In this document: piece after piece, positions 28,701 to 38,939 of the stretch | How positions within the stretch are numbered: the first letter of the stretch is position 1 | Layout: every line of letters starts with the position of its first letter | Origin: Acidimicrobiia bacterium | GTDB lineage: Bacteria; Actinomycetota; Acidimicrobiia; Spongiisociales; JAENVV01 | DNA: 64,000 nucleotides | Direction of reading: 5' to 3' | Assembly: GCA_041577335.1 (NCBI GenBank) | Contig: JBFGJH010000012.1 | Location: 1 to 64,000 of the forward strand | Translations under genes and position numbers: made by a program | Notes under the pieces: model-generated | Database searches by the model: none | Told to the model about the DNA's origin: nothing | The model's input: the letters and a program-made list of their open reading frames with translations, nothing else

Positions 28701-30293
28701 ATGGCCGATTCAGAGGTCGTGGTAGCCGGAGCCGGGCACAACAGCCTGATTACTGCGGCCTACCTGGCGAGAGCTGGATATCAGGTGACTGTGCTGGAAG
28801 CCGAGGGTCGTGTCGGCGGCGACACCGCCACCGATGAACTGACACTCCCTGGCTTCCTTCACGACTCTTGCTCCACCGCGCACACTCTGCTGCAATCGAG
28901 CCCGACTATCACGCGCGACGAGCTTCGCCTCGGTGATTACGGGCTCGAGTACATCCGACCCGACCCAGTCGTCCATATCCCGCTGCCCGACGGAACCTCG
29001 ATCACAATGTGGCGCGACCTCGACCAGACGTGTGCGGAGTTCGCAAAATACTCGAGTGGTGACGCATCCAGCTTTCGAGCGATGATTGGCGCCTATTCAG
29101 AGGCGGCTCCTGCGTTCACCGGCTGGCGGTACACACCGATTGGCTGGGGGCCAGGGCTCGATGAGCGACTCGCCTCCGTACCCAACGGTCACCGCTGGCG
29201 ACGCATTCGACACCAAGCGGCTGCCGACATCGTCTTCGATCATTTTGAAGACTGGCGCAGCAGGGCATTCATGATGTGGATGGCCATGATGACGATGCAG
29301 CCACCGCAACGCGCCGGCACCGGACGGCTGGCGTACGCCCTCGCCTATGGGCGGCAGCGTCACTCCTGGGTCGTGCCGGTCGGCGGGTCTCAGGCACTGC
29401 CGCTCGCTTTGGGACGCCTGATCGAAGATCACGGCGGGAGCATCGTCACGGGACAACGAGTCTCTCGTCTGGTCATCGAAGATGGAAGATGCGTCGGCGT
29501 CGAAACGGAATCAGGCTCGATGTTCAAGGCAAGTCGCGCCGTTGTGTCAACGATTCACATAAAGCATTTGATAGGCATGGCCCCGGCCGGAGCATGGGAT
29601 CAAACGTTCGTCGACGGCGTCGACAGCTGGCGGGCCGGCATCTCGATGTGTGCGGCACATTACGCCACCACCGAGGCGCCGACCTTCGAAGGGGGCATAA
29701 CGCCGCTTGCCTCCGGTACCCCGACCTCGGCCGAACGCGTTCTGCGAGTCGCCGAGGACTTCCAGCGTGGCGAGGTGGCGCTCGATGATCCGGTTCTGCT
29801 CGTGTTGTGTCCGTCGGTGGCCGATCCCTCTCGCGCTCCCGACGGGGACCACACTCTGAAGATCGTGGGCATCCAGCCCTACGAGCTGAAGGCAAGTGCT
29901 GGGCATTGGGATTCGCTGATGCCGGAGGTAGCGGCCGCCAATCTGGAACATCTCAGATCGTATGCTCCCAATCTGACCGATGATGCCATCGTCGCCTCTT
30001 CGCTCAAGAGCCCGCTCGATCTGGAGCGGATGAACGCACACAACTGGCACGGATCGTGCCATGGCGGCGACATGAGCCCCGACCAGATGGGCGGGCTCCG
30101 TCCCGCCCCGGGATGGTCTGAGCATCGCACGCCGATCGCCGGGTTGTACCAGACCGGAGCTACCACGCACCCGGGCGGCTCGGTCTCAGCGGGTCCTGGT
30201 CGCAACGCCGCGATGGTGGTCCTGAGCGATCTGGGATCGAGCTTGGGGGCCGCCATCGCCCCCGATCATCCAACGACCATCGTCTACAGGTAG
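28701..30293 (+). CDS. Phytoene dehydrogenase-like FAD-dependent oxidoreductase
   Basis: GAGHNSL..AAYLA..G..V.VLE...VGG, TPIAGLYQTGATTHPGG.V...PGRNAA. Confidence 0.88.
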   Translation: MADSEVVVAGAGHNSLITAAYLARAGYQVTVLEAEGRVGGDTATDELTLPGFLHDSCSTAHTLLQSSPTITRDELRLGDYGLEYIRPDPVVHIPLPDGTSITMWRDLDQTCAEFAKYSSGDASSFRAMIGAYSEAAPAFTGWRYTPIGWGPGLDERLASVPNGHRWRRIRHQAAADIVFDHFEDWRSRAFMMWMAMMTMQPPQRAGTGRLAYALAYGRQRHSWVVPVGGSQALPLALGRLIEDHGGSIVTGQRVSRLVIEDGRCVGVETESGSMFKASRAVVSTIHIKHLIGMAPAGAWDQTFVDGVDSWRAGISMCAAHYATTEAPTFEGGITPLASGTPTSAERVLRVAEDFQRGEVALDDPVLLVLCPSVADPSRAPDGDHTLKIVGIQPYELKASAGHWDSLMPEVAAANLEHLRSYAPNLTDDAIVASSLKSPLDLERMNAHNWHGSCHGGDMSPDQMGGLRPAPGWSEHRTPIAGLYQTGATTHPGGSVSAGPGRNAAMVVLSDLGSSLGAAIAPDHPTTIVYR

Positions 30294-30301
30294 GAGCCGA
30301 C

Positions 30302-31216
30302 ATGACAAAAGAGGTTGATCCCGAACACGTCGTCATCACGGAGCCCGTTCCCGGGTCAACGGTGCCGGCGCAACTTATGTATATCGAGACCTGGGACGGG
30401 CTCTACGCGCCGATCGGAGTCCGCAAGCCAGCTGGGGACGGACCATTTCCGATCGTACTGCTCGCTTCTGGTAACGGCGGCGGTGGAATGGCGTGGATTC
30501 GCGACGCGGTCGCCAACAAGGGCTACATCATGGAAAGGCTCCTCGCGGCCGGTTATGCATGCGCCTGGCTGAGATACCGCAGCGAAGTGGAGCTTGGCTA
30601 CAACGTCGGGGGAGCGTTGGTGCGCGACATCCGTCAGGGCCGAGACCTGTTCAACCGATCGCCGCTCGAATACGAAGACGAAATCGCCATCATCGAGTAC
30701 CTCAAGACCTTGCCGTGGGTCGACCCTGACAAAGTCGGTCTCATTGGAATGAGTCATGGCGGCGAGATGGTGCTCAAGATCACTTCTGAATACCACGGGG
30801 TGGCGGCGGCGGTGGCCAGCGAGCCGGCGTCGCACGAGTACCTGGCTCTGACGCCCGACGACACGGCGTTCGTCAACGAGGAAACTCAGCTGCGCAACAT
30901 CGAAGGCATGCAGATGAGCGAGGTCGACAAGGTCCGTTCCCGCATCGATCACGAGGTCGCGACAACGAGAAATGAGACGATCGACACGCCGATCCTCGTG
31001 ATGGGCAGGGATGACGACCACCTCCAGGGAATCTTCCGCGCTTCGTACGAGCTGCTCGACGAGCTCGGCAAGAACGTCCACTGGGTGTCATATGACCATC
31101 CGTTGCACGGCTACGTCTTCCCGGTGCGCGGTCCCGACGGGGAGTACGACGTCAACGCCGTGCAGCATGAGGCGATTGCCGCGGTGATCGGCTTTCTCGA
31201 TGCGCATATGAAGTAG
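30302..31216 (+). CDS. Alpha/beta hydrolase (S9/dienelactone hydrolase-like)
   Basis: GDGPFP, VDPDKVGLIGMSHGG nucleophile elbow, late His; AGGAG RBS. Confidence 0.8.
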   Translation: MTKEVDPEHVVITEPVPGSTVPAQLMYIETWDGLYAPIGVRKPAGDGPFPIVLLASGNGGGGMAWIRDAVANKGYIMERLLAAGYACAWLRYRSEVELGYNVGGALVRDIRQGRDLFNRSPLEYEDEIAIIEYLKTLPWVDPDKVGLIGMSHGGEMVLKITSEYHGVAAAVASEPASHEYLALTPDDTAFVNEETQLRNIEGMQMSEVDKVRSRIDHEVATTRNETIDTPILVMGRDDDHLQGIFRASYELLDELGKNVHWVSYDHPLHGYVFPVRGPDGEYDVNAVQHEAIAAVIGFLDAHMK

Positions 31217-31353
31217 CGAGCCCCGCCTGGGGCACAAAGCAGAGACAACCACTGAGGCGAGGAACCTAGACAACTCGGCCGGCACGCTGAGGAGAGCCCG
31301 CCCACCCGTGATGCAGCTCGCCTTGAAGACGGTTGAGGTCTAACGTCCGGAGC

Positions 31354-32379
31354 ATGATTACCGACGAAGAACGGATTGCCCTTTTTCTCGACTACGAGAA
31401 CCTGGCGATCGGGGCTCGGGACCAGCTCAGGTCCACTTTTGACTTCACCCCGGTGGCCGATGCGCTCGCCGAACGCGGACGAGTGGTCGCTCGTCGTGCG
31501 TACGCCGACTGGAACCTGTTCGAGGACGACCGTCGCTCGTTGGTTCGCCACCACGTCGAGCTGATTGAGATCCCCCAACGGATGGGCGCCGTCCGCAAGA
31601 ACGCCGCCGACATCAAGATGGCCGTCGACGCCATGGAGATGGCGTTCGAGCGCGACTACGTGACCACGTTTGTCGTGGGCACCGGTGATTCGGACTTCAC
31701 GCCGCTTGTCCACAAGCTGCGCGAGCTCAACAAGAGGGTGATCGGCGTTGGTATCAAGGCGTCGACATCTGCGTTGCTGCCGCCTGCCTGCGACGAGTTC
31801 CTCTTCTACGAGTCGCTCGAGGGCGTCGAACCGCCTCAGCGCAGCGCCAAGAAGCGTGAGGAGGATCCCAAAACTGAAGAGCCTCCCATCGCGGACCATT
31901 CGCTGTCGGAACTGTCAAAGCAGATTGGCCGGACACTGTCTGGGCTCAAGCGGTCGGCGGGGGGAACGGTGCTCGGATCGAACCTCAAACGGACGTTGTT
32001 GCGGAAAGATCCGACGTTTTCGGAGGCGGACTATGGGTTCCGAGCCTTCGGCGAGCTGCTCCGTCACCTCGAATCGCAGGGCATCATCGCCCTTTCGGCG
32101 GGCGCCAACGGCGACCCCGAAGTGGACTTTCCATCGAAGTCGACGCCCGAGGAGGCAGCCTTTGAGCTGCTTGCCACCGTCATCAAAAAGGCCAAAGACG
32201 ATCACATCGTGCTGTCTGGCCTCAAGAACGCCCTTCGCAAGGAAGACGAGTCCTTCAGCGAGAAGACGTTTGGGTTCTCTGGCTTTCTCCAGTTCGCCAA
32301 GGCCGGCGCCAACCGGGGTGTGATCGACCTGGTGTGGTCAGACGAACGCGGCGACTATCTGGTGTCGCTGGCCGAGTAA
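31354..32379 (+). CDS. NYN (LabA/PIN-like) domain protein with two LOTUS/OST-HTH domains
   Basis: LFLDYEN, RRAYADW, KNAADIKMAVDA, GDSDFTPL; two P.FSE..YGF..F repeats. Confidence 0.9.
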   Translation: MITDEERIALFLDYENLAIGARDQLRSTFDFTPVADALAERGRVVARRAYADWNLFEDDRRSLVRHHVELIEIPQRMGAVRKNAADIKMAVDAMEMAFERDYVTTFVVGTGDSDFTPLVHKLRELNKRVIGVGIKASTSALLPPACDEFLFYESLEGVEPPQRSAKKREEDPKTEEPPIADHSLSELSKQIGRTLSGLKRSAGGTVLGSNLKRTLLRKDPTFSEADYGFRAFGELLRHLESQGIIALSAGANGDPEVDFPSKSTPEEAAFELLATVIKKAKDDHIVLSGLKNALRKEDESFSEKTFGFSGFLQFAKAGANRGVIDLVWSDERGDYLVSLAE

Positions 32380-32411
32380 AGACGAGGCTCGCGCCTGCTC
32401 GGTCGAAACAC

Positions 32412-33911
32412 CTATCTCCCGATATCCATGTGCTCCTGGGTGGAGCGGGTGCGGATCGTGTAGACCGAATCGCCGCTGAGGACGCCGGCCCTGCCGAACA
32501 AGCGGCCGTATTGCCAGTTGGAAAGGCCCAGCTCAGGGCGGCTGAGCGCGTATTGGCCGTCGACCCAGCGGGTCATCCCGTTCCCGACAAAAGGAGCGTC
32601 GATGCGCGAGAAGAAGTCCTCGTGGTCGGCCTCGACAGACGATATGAGGGAGGCGGCGAAATGGGGGCTCTGTTCATTGAACAAGTCGATCGCGTCAGGC
32701 ACGGAGTCGACGACATGGAGCGTCACCTCCGGCGACTGTTCCCACTCCCATTCTTCGCCAAGCTGGTCAGCGCCGATGAGCTCGGCGAGGGGCTCGTCGA
32801 CGTCACCTTCGGCTCGGGCGATGGGCGCCACCGTGTCAAACCACGACACGTCGACGAACTCCCGGGCCGCCTCGGTGACATGCAGCTTCGGATTGGTGCC
32901 GAGGCTGTCGCCCCTTGCGCGCAGGGCGCTGACGAGCCGGGGCACGAGATTGGGCGCACTGTCGCGGGTGACGACGCAGGTGTTGAGCGTGTTGCAGACC
33001 TTGCGGTCGACGCTGTGAAAGGCCGCCAGCTCGAAGTCATCGGGGTTGGCGTTCGAGCCGGCAATGATCCAGGCGCCCCCGGTGCCGTGCAGGCTCACCG
33101 GGTTGCCTGCTTGGCGGGCCACCGCCCCGAGCTGGGCGACGGCTGCTCCCGACCCGCGAGCGACAGCGAGAGCGAGCTTGGGATTGGACATCATGGCCCA
33201 ACCGGCCGCCCGTGATGGCGAGGCGACCTGGCTCACTGCGCCGGCGGGCAGGCCGGCTTCGGCCAATGCCGGGTCGAGGGCGTGTTCTACGATTGCCTCA
33301 GCTGTGCCGAGGGCGTCGGATCCGATTCGGAAGACCACGGTATTGCCGGCCCGGAGCACACCCGTGGCGTCGGCGAAAACGTTGGGGCGCCCCTCGAAGA
33401 CGAACCCCACCACGCCGACACCGTCCTTGATCAGATCGACCGACCAGCCTTCGTGGGTGATCTGTTCGGTGATGTGACCGCGAACCGACGGAGCAGTGGC
33501 CCAGCCTTCGAGGCCGGCGATCATGTCGGCGCGCATCTTCTCTGACAACACGAGGCGCGTTGTGGAGCGACCCTTGGCGTGGGCGGCTTCGACGTCGGCG
33601 GCGTTGGCGGCTGCGATGGCAGCGAAGCTGCTTTCATCTGCGAGCCGCTGCGCGAACGCTCTGTAGAAGTCGGTCACCGACTCGTCGCTGACGCCCCCGA
33701 GAAGCGTAAAGGCCTTGGCCGCCCGGTCGACTGCGGCAGCGGCGATGTCCCACACGGCGCGCGGGATGTGGAGAAGGTCGCCCGTGTCTTGCACGACGAC
33801 GAGTCGGTCGCCGGGAGCGAACGCTGCCGCCAACTCGGCTGAGACTGTCGCCACCTTGTCGCCCCCATAAGGGATGTGCATGCCTTCGGACAGTTGGGTG
33901 AGTCGACTCAT
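32412..33911 (-). CDS. proA: Divergent gamma-glutamyl phosphate reductase-like protein with N-terminal extension
   Basis: ANAADV, GVVGFVFEGRPNV, RGS, VCNTLNT, TRWVDG...ELGLS. Confidence 0.7.
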   Translation of the reverse strand: MSRLTQLSEGMHIPYGGDKVATVSAELAAAFAPGDRLVVVQDTGDLLHIPRAVWDIAAAAVDRAAKAFTLLGGVSDESVTDFYRAFAQRLADESSFAAIAAANAADVEAAHAKGRSTTRLVLSEKMRADMIAGLEGWATAPSVRGHITEQITHEGWSVDLIKDGVGVVGFVFEGRPNVFADATGVLRAGNTVVFRIGSDALGTAEAIVEHALDPALAEAGLPAGAVSQVASPSRAAGWAMMSNPKLALAVARGSGAAVAQLGAVARQAGNPVSLHGTGGAWIIAGSNANPDDFELAAFHSVDRKVCNTLNTCVVTRDSAPNLVPRLVSALRARGDSLGTNPKLHVTEAAREFVDVSWFDTVAPIARAEGDVDEPLAELIGADQLGEEWEWEQSPEVTLHVVDSVPDAIDLFNEQSPHFAASLISSVEADHEDFFSRIDAPFVGNGMTRWVDGQYALSRPELGLSNWQYGRLFGRAGVLSGDSVYTIRTRSTQEHMDIGR

Positions 33912-33935
33912 CAGGATGCGAATCCTACCGACCGT

Positions 33936-34451
33936 TCACAGGGGCGAAAAGACGTAACGCACCTCTTGCAGCTGGAAGGTCCCCCACTCCTCCAGCTTGA
34001 TGGCGCTGGTGCGCCTCCAACCGTTTCGCTCGTAGAAACGTTGAGCCACTTCGTTGTTGTGAAGAACCCACAGAACCGCGCTGGTGAACCCGTCGTTGCG
34101 AAGCTCGGCGATCCCTCGCTCCATCAGCGCCCTGCCAACGCCGGCGTGCCATCGTCGCTCGACGACGTAGATGGCATACACCTCACCCACGAGAGTGTCG
34201 AGGTCAGCGCCCTGCTCGGGACCTACCCAGATCGTCCCCACCGCTTCCGATCCGTCGTAGGCGACGAGCATGGTGCGGCGGGCGATCCCTTCGCGCAGCT
34301 TGCGTTCGAGATGAGCCCGGCGGCTCTCCACTGTTTGGCTTGCCAGCAGCTCAGCGGGCACGATGTCGCGGTAGGCGGCTTGCCAGGAATCGATGAGGAC
34401 ACCTGCGACGCCCGTCAGGTCGTCAGTGCCTACGACGCGTATGTCCAGCAT
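33936..34451 (-). CDS. GNAT acetyltransferase
   Basis: SWQAAYRDIVP, W.AGVGRALM, LWVL..N..A.RFYERNGW. Confidence 0.9.
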   Translation of the reverse strand: MLDIRVVGTDDLTGVAGVLIDSWQAAYRDIVPAELLASQTVESRRAHLERKLREGIARRTMLVAYDGSEAVGTIWVGPEQGADLDTLVGEVYAIYVVERRWHAGVGRALMERGIAELRNDGFTSAVLWVLHNNEVAQRFYERNGWRRTSAIKLEEWGTFQLQEVRYVFSPL

Positions 34452-34503
34452 CGCCGGTTGTTCCTCCCGAGGCCGTCGACGTGCGGGGCATCCACCGCAC
34501 TAC

Positions 34504-36441
34504 CTACAGGGCTTGGATGGCGTCGATCGCGGCGGGGTTTTCCAAGCTGGACAGGTCCCCCGTCGCCTGCCCGAGCGCTTTGGCCTTCACAACTCGACGC
34601 ATGATCTTGGCGGATCTCGTGCGAGGGAGGTCGTCCACGAAGATGACGGCCTTGGGTCGAAATGGCTTACCGAGCGAGTCCGCCACCAGATCGCTGAGCG
34701 CTGCCCGGAGCGCCGAATCGGTGGGCGCTCCCGCGGCCGCCACCACATAGGCGACGATTGCCTCGCCTTTCACCTCGTCTGGCACGCCGATGGCCGCAGC
34801 CATCACCACGTCGGGATGCTCCACGATGGCGGATTCGACTTCGGCAGGGCCCAGCCGCTTGCCCGCCACGTTGAGAGTCTCGTCGGACCGGCCGTGCAGA
34901 TACCAGAATCCGTCCTCGTCAATGCTCGCCCAGTCGCCATGGACCCAGACATCTGGCCAACGTGACCAGTAGGTGTCGAGGTACCGTTGGCGGTCTCGCC
35001 AGAAGCCACGGGTCATGGCGGGCCATGGCGCCGTTACCACCAGCTCGCCCACTTGGTTGCGGACGGGCCGGCCGTCGTTGTCGAAACAATCCACGGCAAC
35101 ACCCAGGGACGGGCCTCCGAGGGATGTCGGTTTCAACCCCTGGAGGAGATTCACCGAGAGAAGACACGCGCCAATCTCAGTGCCTCCCGACAGGTTGACG
35201 ATCGGGATGTGCTCGTTGCCGACGTCGCGGAACAGCCACCACCAGGGATCGGGATTCCACGGTTCGCCCGTGGAGGCAAAAGCGCGCAGGCTGGTGAGAT
35301 CCTTGGTCTGGGCGAGGTGGGCGCCGCTCGGCTGGATCGTGCGAACAAACGTGGGGGAGAGGCCAAGAGAGGTGAGCCGGTGGTCGGACACCAGGCTCCA
35401 GACGCGGCCTGCGTCGGGGAAGTTGGGCGCTCCGTCGTAGGTGACCACCGTGGCGCCGTTGCCCAGAGCGGCGACCACGGTCCATTGGCCCATCACCCAT
35501 CCCATGTCCGTGAGCCACATGTGCCGGTCGCCGGGTCGGATGTCGAGCTGAAACGCACCCTCTTGAATGAGCTTTACGGTGAGGCCGCCGTGGACGTGGA
35601 CGACGCCTTTCGGTGTGCCGGTCGTGCCGGAGGTATAGGTGAGAAGTACCGGGTCTTCGGCGTTGGTCTCGACGGCCGATAGCGGTTCGGCAGCGGCGAC
35701 CAAGTTGGCCATCGAGCGGTCCCGTCGCTCGTTCCAGGGAATCTCCATTCGGGGAAGGCACCGGACGACGAGAACGGCCGGGGCGATGTCGACAGCGTCG
35801 AGTGCTGCGTCGGCGGTCTCCTTCATGGGAACGACCTTGCCGCGCCGCTTCACGCCGTCGGCGACGATAACTGCGACGGGCTCGGACGAGGTGATTCGGC
35901 TGGCGATGGCCTCGGCGCCGAAGCCTGAAAAGACGGGGACAAATACCCCGCCGACTCGGGCGATGGCCAGCATGGCGATGATTGCGTCGGCCCCCATGGG
36001 AAGGTACACCGCCACTCGGTCACCTTTGGCCACGCCGACATTCCGGAGCGCCCCGGCGTGGCGTTCAACCGCGGATTTCAGCTCGGCGAAGGTGAGGCGA
36101 TCGACCGAGCCGTCTTCGTGTTCGGCTACGACCGCCGGCTGCTCGGGTCGCTCGGCCGCCCAGCGATCGACGCATGCCTCCGACAGGTTGATTCGCCCGT
36201 CGGCGAACCAGGTCGCAAACTGGGGGCCGGCGCTCGTGTCGCCAACCACCGTGTACGGCTCCTGGAATGGGATATCGAGGAACCTCACCACGGCATCCCA
36301 GAACCAATCCGGATCGGTGATGGAGCGATCCAAGAGCTCTGGGTACGTGGCGATGTTGTGATGCGCCATGAACCGGCCCGTGGCGCCCGTCGCCACCAGC
36401 TCGTCAGAAGCCGTCCAGACGATCTCCGTGGTCACATCCAT
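34504..36441 (-). CDS. Acetate/acyl-CoA ligase (AMP-forming)
   Basis: YTSGTTGTPKG, STGEPWN, SGGTE, WVHGD, GRSD, LPRTRSAK. Confidence 0.92.
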   Translation of the reverse strand: MDVTTEIVWTASDELVATGATGRFMAHHNIATYPELLDRSITDPDWFWDAVVRFLDIPFQEPYTVVGDTSAGPQFATWFADGRINLSEACVDRWAAERPEQPAVVAEHEDGSVDRLTFAELKSAVERHAGALRNVGVAKGDRVAVYLPMGADAIIAMLAIARVGGVFVPVFSGFGAEAIASRITSSEPVAVIVADGVKRRGKVVPMKETADAALDAVDIAPAVLVVRCLPRMEIPWNERRDRSMANLVAAAEPLSAVETNAEDPVLLTYTSGTTGTPKGVVHVHGGLTVKLIQEGAFQLDIRPGDRHMWLTDMGWVMGQWTVVAALGNGATVVTYDGAPNFPDAGRVWSLVSDHRLTSLGLSPTFVRTIQPSGAHLAQTKDLTSLRAFASTGEPWNPDPWWWLFRDVGNEHIPIVNLSGGTEIGACLLSVNLLQGLKPTSLGGPSLGVAVDCFDNDGRPVRNQVGELVVTAPWPAMTRGFWRDRQRYLDTYWSRWPDVWVHGDWASIDEDGFWYLHGRSDETLNVAGKRLGPAEVESAIVEHPDVVMAAAIGVPDEVKGEAIVAYVVAAAGAPTDSALRAALSDLVADSLGKPFRPKAVIFVDDLPRTRSAKIMRRVVKAKALGQATGDLSSLENPAAIDAIQAL

Positions 36442-36521
36442 AACCTAGTGACCGCCCCCACTCCGGTGGTAGCTTGCGCCCGGCTTCCCATTGGATTTCT
36501 CGTTTCCCGAACCAGCCGTTC

Positions 36522-37460
36522 TCAGCGGGGAAGGAAGAGCTCATATGGGGCCACGACCCGGGTCTCGGCTCCCGAAAGCAAGTGGATTGCGGTGGTGGCG
36601 ACGATCTTGTCCAGGCCTTCGAGCGCTGCCTCCTCGGCGATCTCGGTGATCAGCAGCCAAGTCCCATCGCTTTGAATGCCTCGGACCACGCCCGGCACCG
36701 TCCAGGTGCCGAAGACCGTCCCGTCTACAGTGCCCCGGGCGGTAACCGTATTGGTGAAATGGGGCGACGGTGATTGGCTGTGATCGCCATAGATGAACAG
36801 CGCGCCATCGGTGCTGAGCGCGGCAACGCCGGGGTAGTCCACTCCGGTCACATCGACGCCACCGTTCGTGGCGGCCGAACTCAAGTTCCCTTCGACGTCA
36901 ATGATGGCGATCACCTGGGTGCCGGATGCCTCGGCGAACCAGTAACCGATGACGTCTTCGCCCAATCGCGGTGGGAAATCGGGGGTCGGCAGCTCCGCGC
37001 CGGTGTCGGCGTCGATCAGTCGCAATGTCGGCCCCAGACACCAGTCAGCGATGACGACCTGATCGCCGCGGCTGAATACGTCGGGGCATCCGTAGGCGAC
37101 CTGCTCGTCGGGTTTACCGAGAGGCGCAATGAACTCCCTGCCTGCCACCCAGTTGCCGGCTATCGAGAAAACGGGGCCATCGACGTCGAGCTCGGCCGAT
37201 CCGGTGTCGTCGACGGCGAAGAAGTCCGAGCCGGTGTCGACGAAGAGCAATGGAGGGGGGTGGTCTCCGAACAGTGTCGTCACGAGGCCGGCGACTTCCG
37301 GGTTGGCAGGAAGCGACTCGGGCACGACGATCGTGGTGGCGGGGGTGGAGATTGCGCTGGGTGCCGGCGGTGCCTGTGTTGTGGCGGCGTCGGTGGCCCC
37401 GGTTGATGCGGAGCATCCGGTGCCGACGACGACGAGTAAGGCAGCAAAGATCTTCAACAT
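36522..37460 (-). CDS. Hypothetical lipoprotein, beta-rich
   Basis: Lipobox VGTGC, Thr/Pro linker. Confidence 0.6.
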   Translation of the reverse strand: MLKIFAALLVVVGTGCSASTGATDAATTQAPPAPSAISTPATTIVVPESLPANPEVAGLVTTLFGDHPPPLLFVDTGSDFFAVDDTGSAELDVDGPVFSIAGNWVAGREFIAPLGKPDEQVAYGCPDVFSRGDQVVIADWCLGPTLRLIDADTGAELPTPDFPPRLGEDVIGYWFAEASGTQVIAIIDVEGNLSSAATNGGVDVTGVDYPGVAALSTDGALFIYGDHSQSPSPHFTNTVTARGTVDGTVFGTWTVPGVVRGIQSDGTWLLITEIAEEAALEGLDKIVATTAIHLLSGAETRVVAPYELFLPR

Positions 37461-37517
37461 CGGCACGCAACGGTACTGCGTGTCAGATGGTCGCGGATGC
37501 CGCGGCCGGAGTGCCGC

Positions 37518-38612
37518 TCAGGTGCCGAGAGATTCCAGCCATTTCATGACCTGGCCAATGACCCTCGGATCGTCGAGGAATGCGAAGTGGTTGCTGCCTC
37601 CCAGCGCCACGACAGTCGTCGGCTTTTCGCCGCCTGCATCGCTGGCGCTCGCCGTGGTCACAACCAGGTCACCCAGAGCTGCCCCGATCAGATGTTCGGG
37701 GTCTGAGGTGACAACGCCGGCGACAAAGTGATGCCTCACCCCGGGCGTCAGCCCTGCCTCCACGCCGTATCTGAGGTCCTTGATTCCGCCGCTGCGTCCC
37801 TCCAGGAAGTCGGCGAGGGGCCTGGTCTCGGGCGCGATTCCGAGTGCCCACGAGGTGGCGTTGGCGAGTTTCTCCATCGGAGCCCCTTGGTGAGGCGCCG
37901 CCACCGTGATGAGGTCGTCGAGTCGTTGGATCCACCCAAGGCCATCGCGATCGGCGGCGGCGACGGCCGCCCGTATCACCAGGCCACCCATGGAGTGTCC
38001 GACCAGAGCGATTGATTCCAGGGGCACCGGCCAACCATGAGTGAGGGATTCGAGCAACCCTGCCAGCTGATAGCCCGACTCGGAGACGGGCAGACCGCTG
38101 TTGTATCTCACTGCGACCTTCGTCAGCTCGTCGTGCTCATCGATGGCTCGACCGAGGCCGCCACCTGCCGCCGGATCCTCCCAACACTGTTCCGTTTCAA
38201 AGAGCCCGTGAACCAGGACGACCAGTTTGCCTGTGGCCGCTGGGAATGCCGCGGCGAGGCCGCGATCCGACGCCACGGCGTGCCCGTGAGGGTCGCGAAT
38301 GCTCAGAGAGATTCCGAGGCGCTCCTCGTGGCGACCGAGTGTGTCTCCCCAGATGCCGTTGACGATTGCCTGCGCAGAGTGGGCTGTCTGTGAAGCCGAG
38401 CCGGTCCGTGCGTCCACGAATGCGCCGACGGCTGAGGCGCCGAAGCGGATGGACTGGTAAACGATGGTGGAAACGGCGTCGTGTACTACCCGCACCGGTG
38501 CTCCGACCGGGCCCAGCGCGGCGAACCAACGTGCGGAAATGGCGCGATGCATCCCTTCGACGGGGGCAGTGAGCCTGTCTGTAGCCAGCGAGATCGTGCT
38601 GCCGACGCTCAT
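37518..38612 (-). CDS. PGAP1-like lipase/alpha-beta hydrolase
   Basis: VLVHGL, RYNSG, GHSMGG, PHQGAP.EK, GD.VV, NH. Confidence 0.85.
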   Translation of the reverse strand: MSVGSTISLATDRLTAPVEGMHRAISARWFAALGPVGAPVRVVHDAVSTIVYQSIRFGASAVGAFVDARTGSASQTAHSAQAIVNGIWGDTLGRHEERLGISLSIRDPHGHAVASDRGLAAAFPAATGKLVVLVHGLFETEQCWEDPAAGGGLGRAIDEHDELTKVAVRYNSGLPVSESGYQLAGLLESLTHGWPVPLESIALVGHSMGGLVIRAAVAAADRDGLGWIQRLDDLITVAAPHQGAPMEKLANATSWALGIAPETRPLADFLEGRSGGIKDLRYGVEAGLTPGVRHHFVAGVVTSDPEHLIGAALGDLVVTTASASDAGGEKPTTVVALGGSNHFAFLDDPRVIGQVMKWLESLGT

Positions 38613-38683
38613 GATTGCTGTCAGTCCCTAGGTGAGAGGCGCACGATAGTCGTGACGGCTCTGCTCACAGATCGGATCGTCGC

Positions 38684-38932
38684 TCAGTCGGTGAGGCGGC
38701 CTGATTGGTCGAGCTCCTGCAGATCCTCGAAGCTGCCGATGTGTTCGCCGTCGATGAAGATCTGAGGAAGTGCAGAAATGCGAGGCAGCCGAGCCTGGTA
38801 CTCGGCCATGTGTTCAGGCTCCGATACGTCGTACTCCACGAATGGCACCGATCGCGCGTCGAGCAGCTCCCGGGAGCGGGCACAGTACGCACAGCCGGGC
38901 CCCGAGAACATCTCCACTCTCGGGGCCGACAT
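38684..38932 (-). CDS. Glutaredoxin (GrxC-like)
   Basis: CAYC, LPQIFIDGEHIG. Confidence 0.9.
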   Translation of the reverse strand: MSAPRVEMFSGPGCAYCARSRELLDARSVPFVEYDVSEPEHMAEYQARLPRISALPQIFIDGEHIGSFEDLQELDQSGRLTD

Positions 38933-38939
38933 CTCAGGT

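Noticed and set aside
28701..30293. Carotenoid biosynthesis crtI
   Set aside because: No crtB/crtE; catabolic context and the GAGHN-type subfamily
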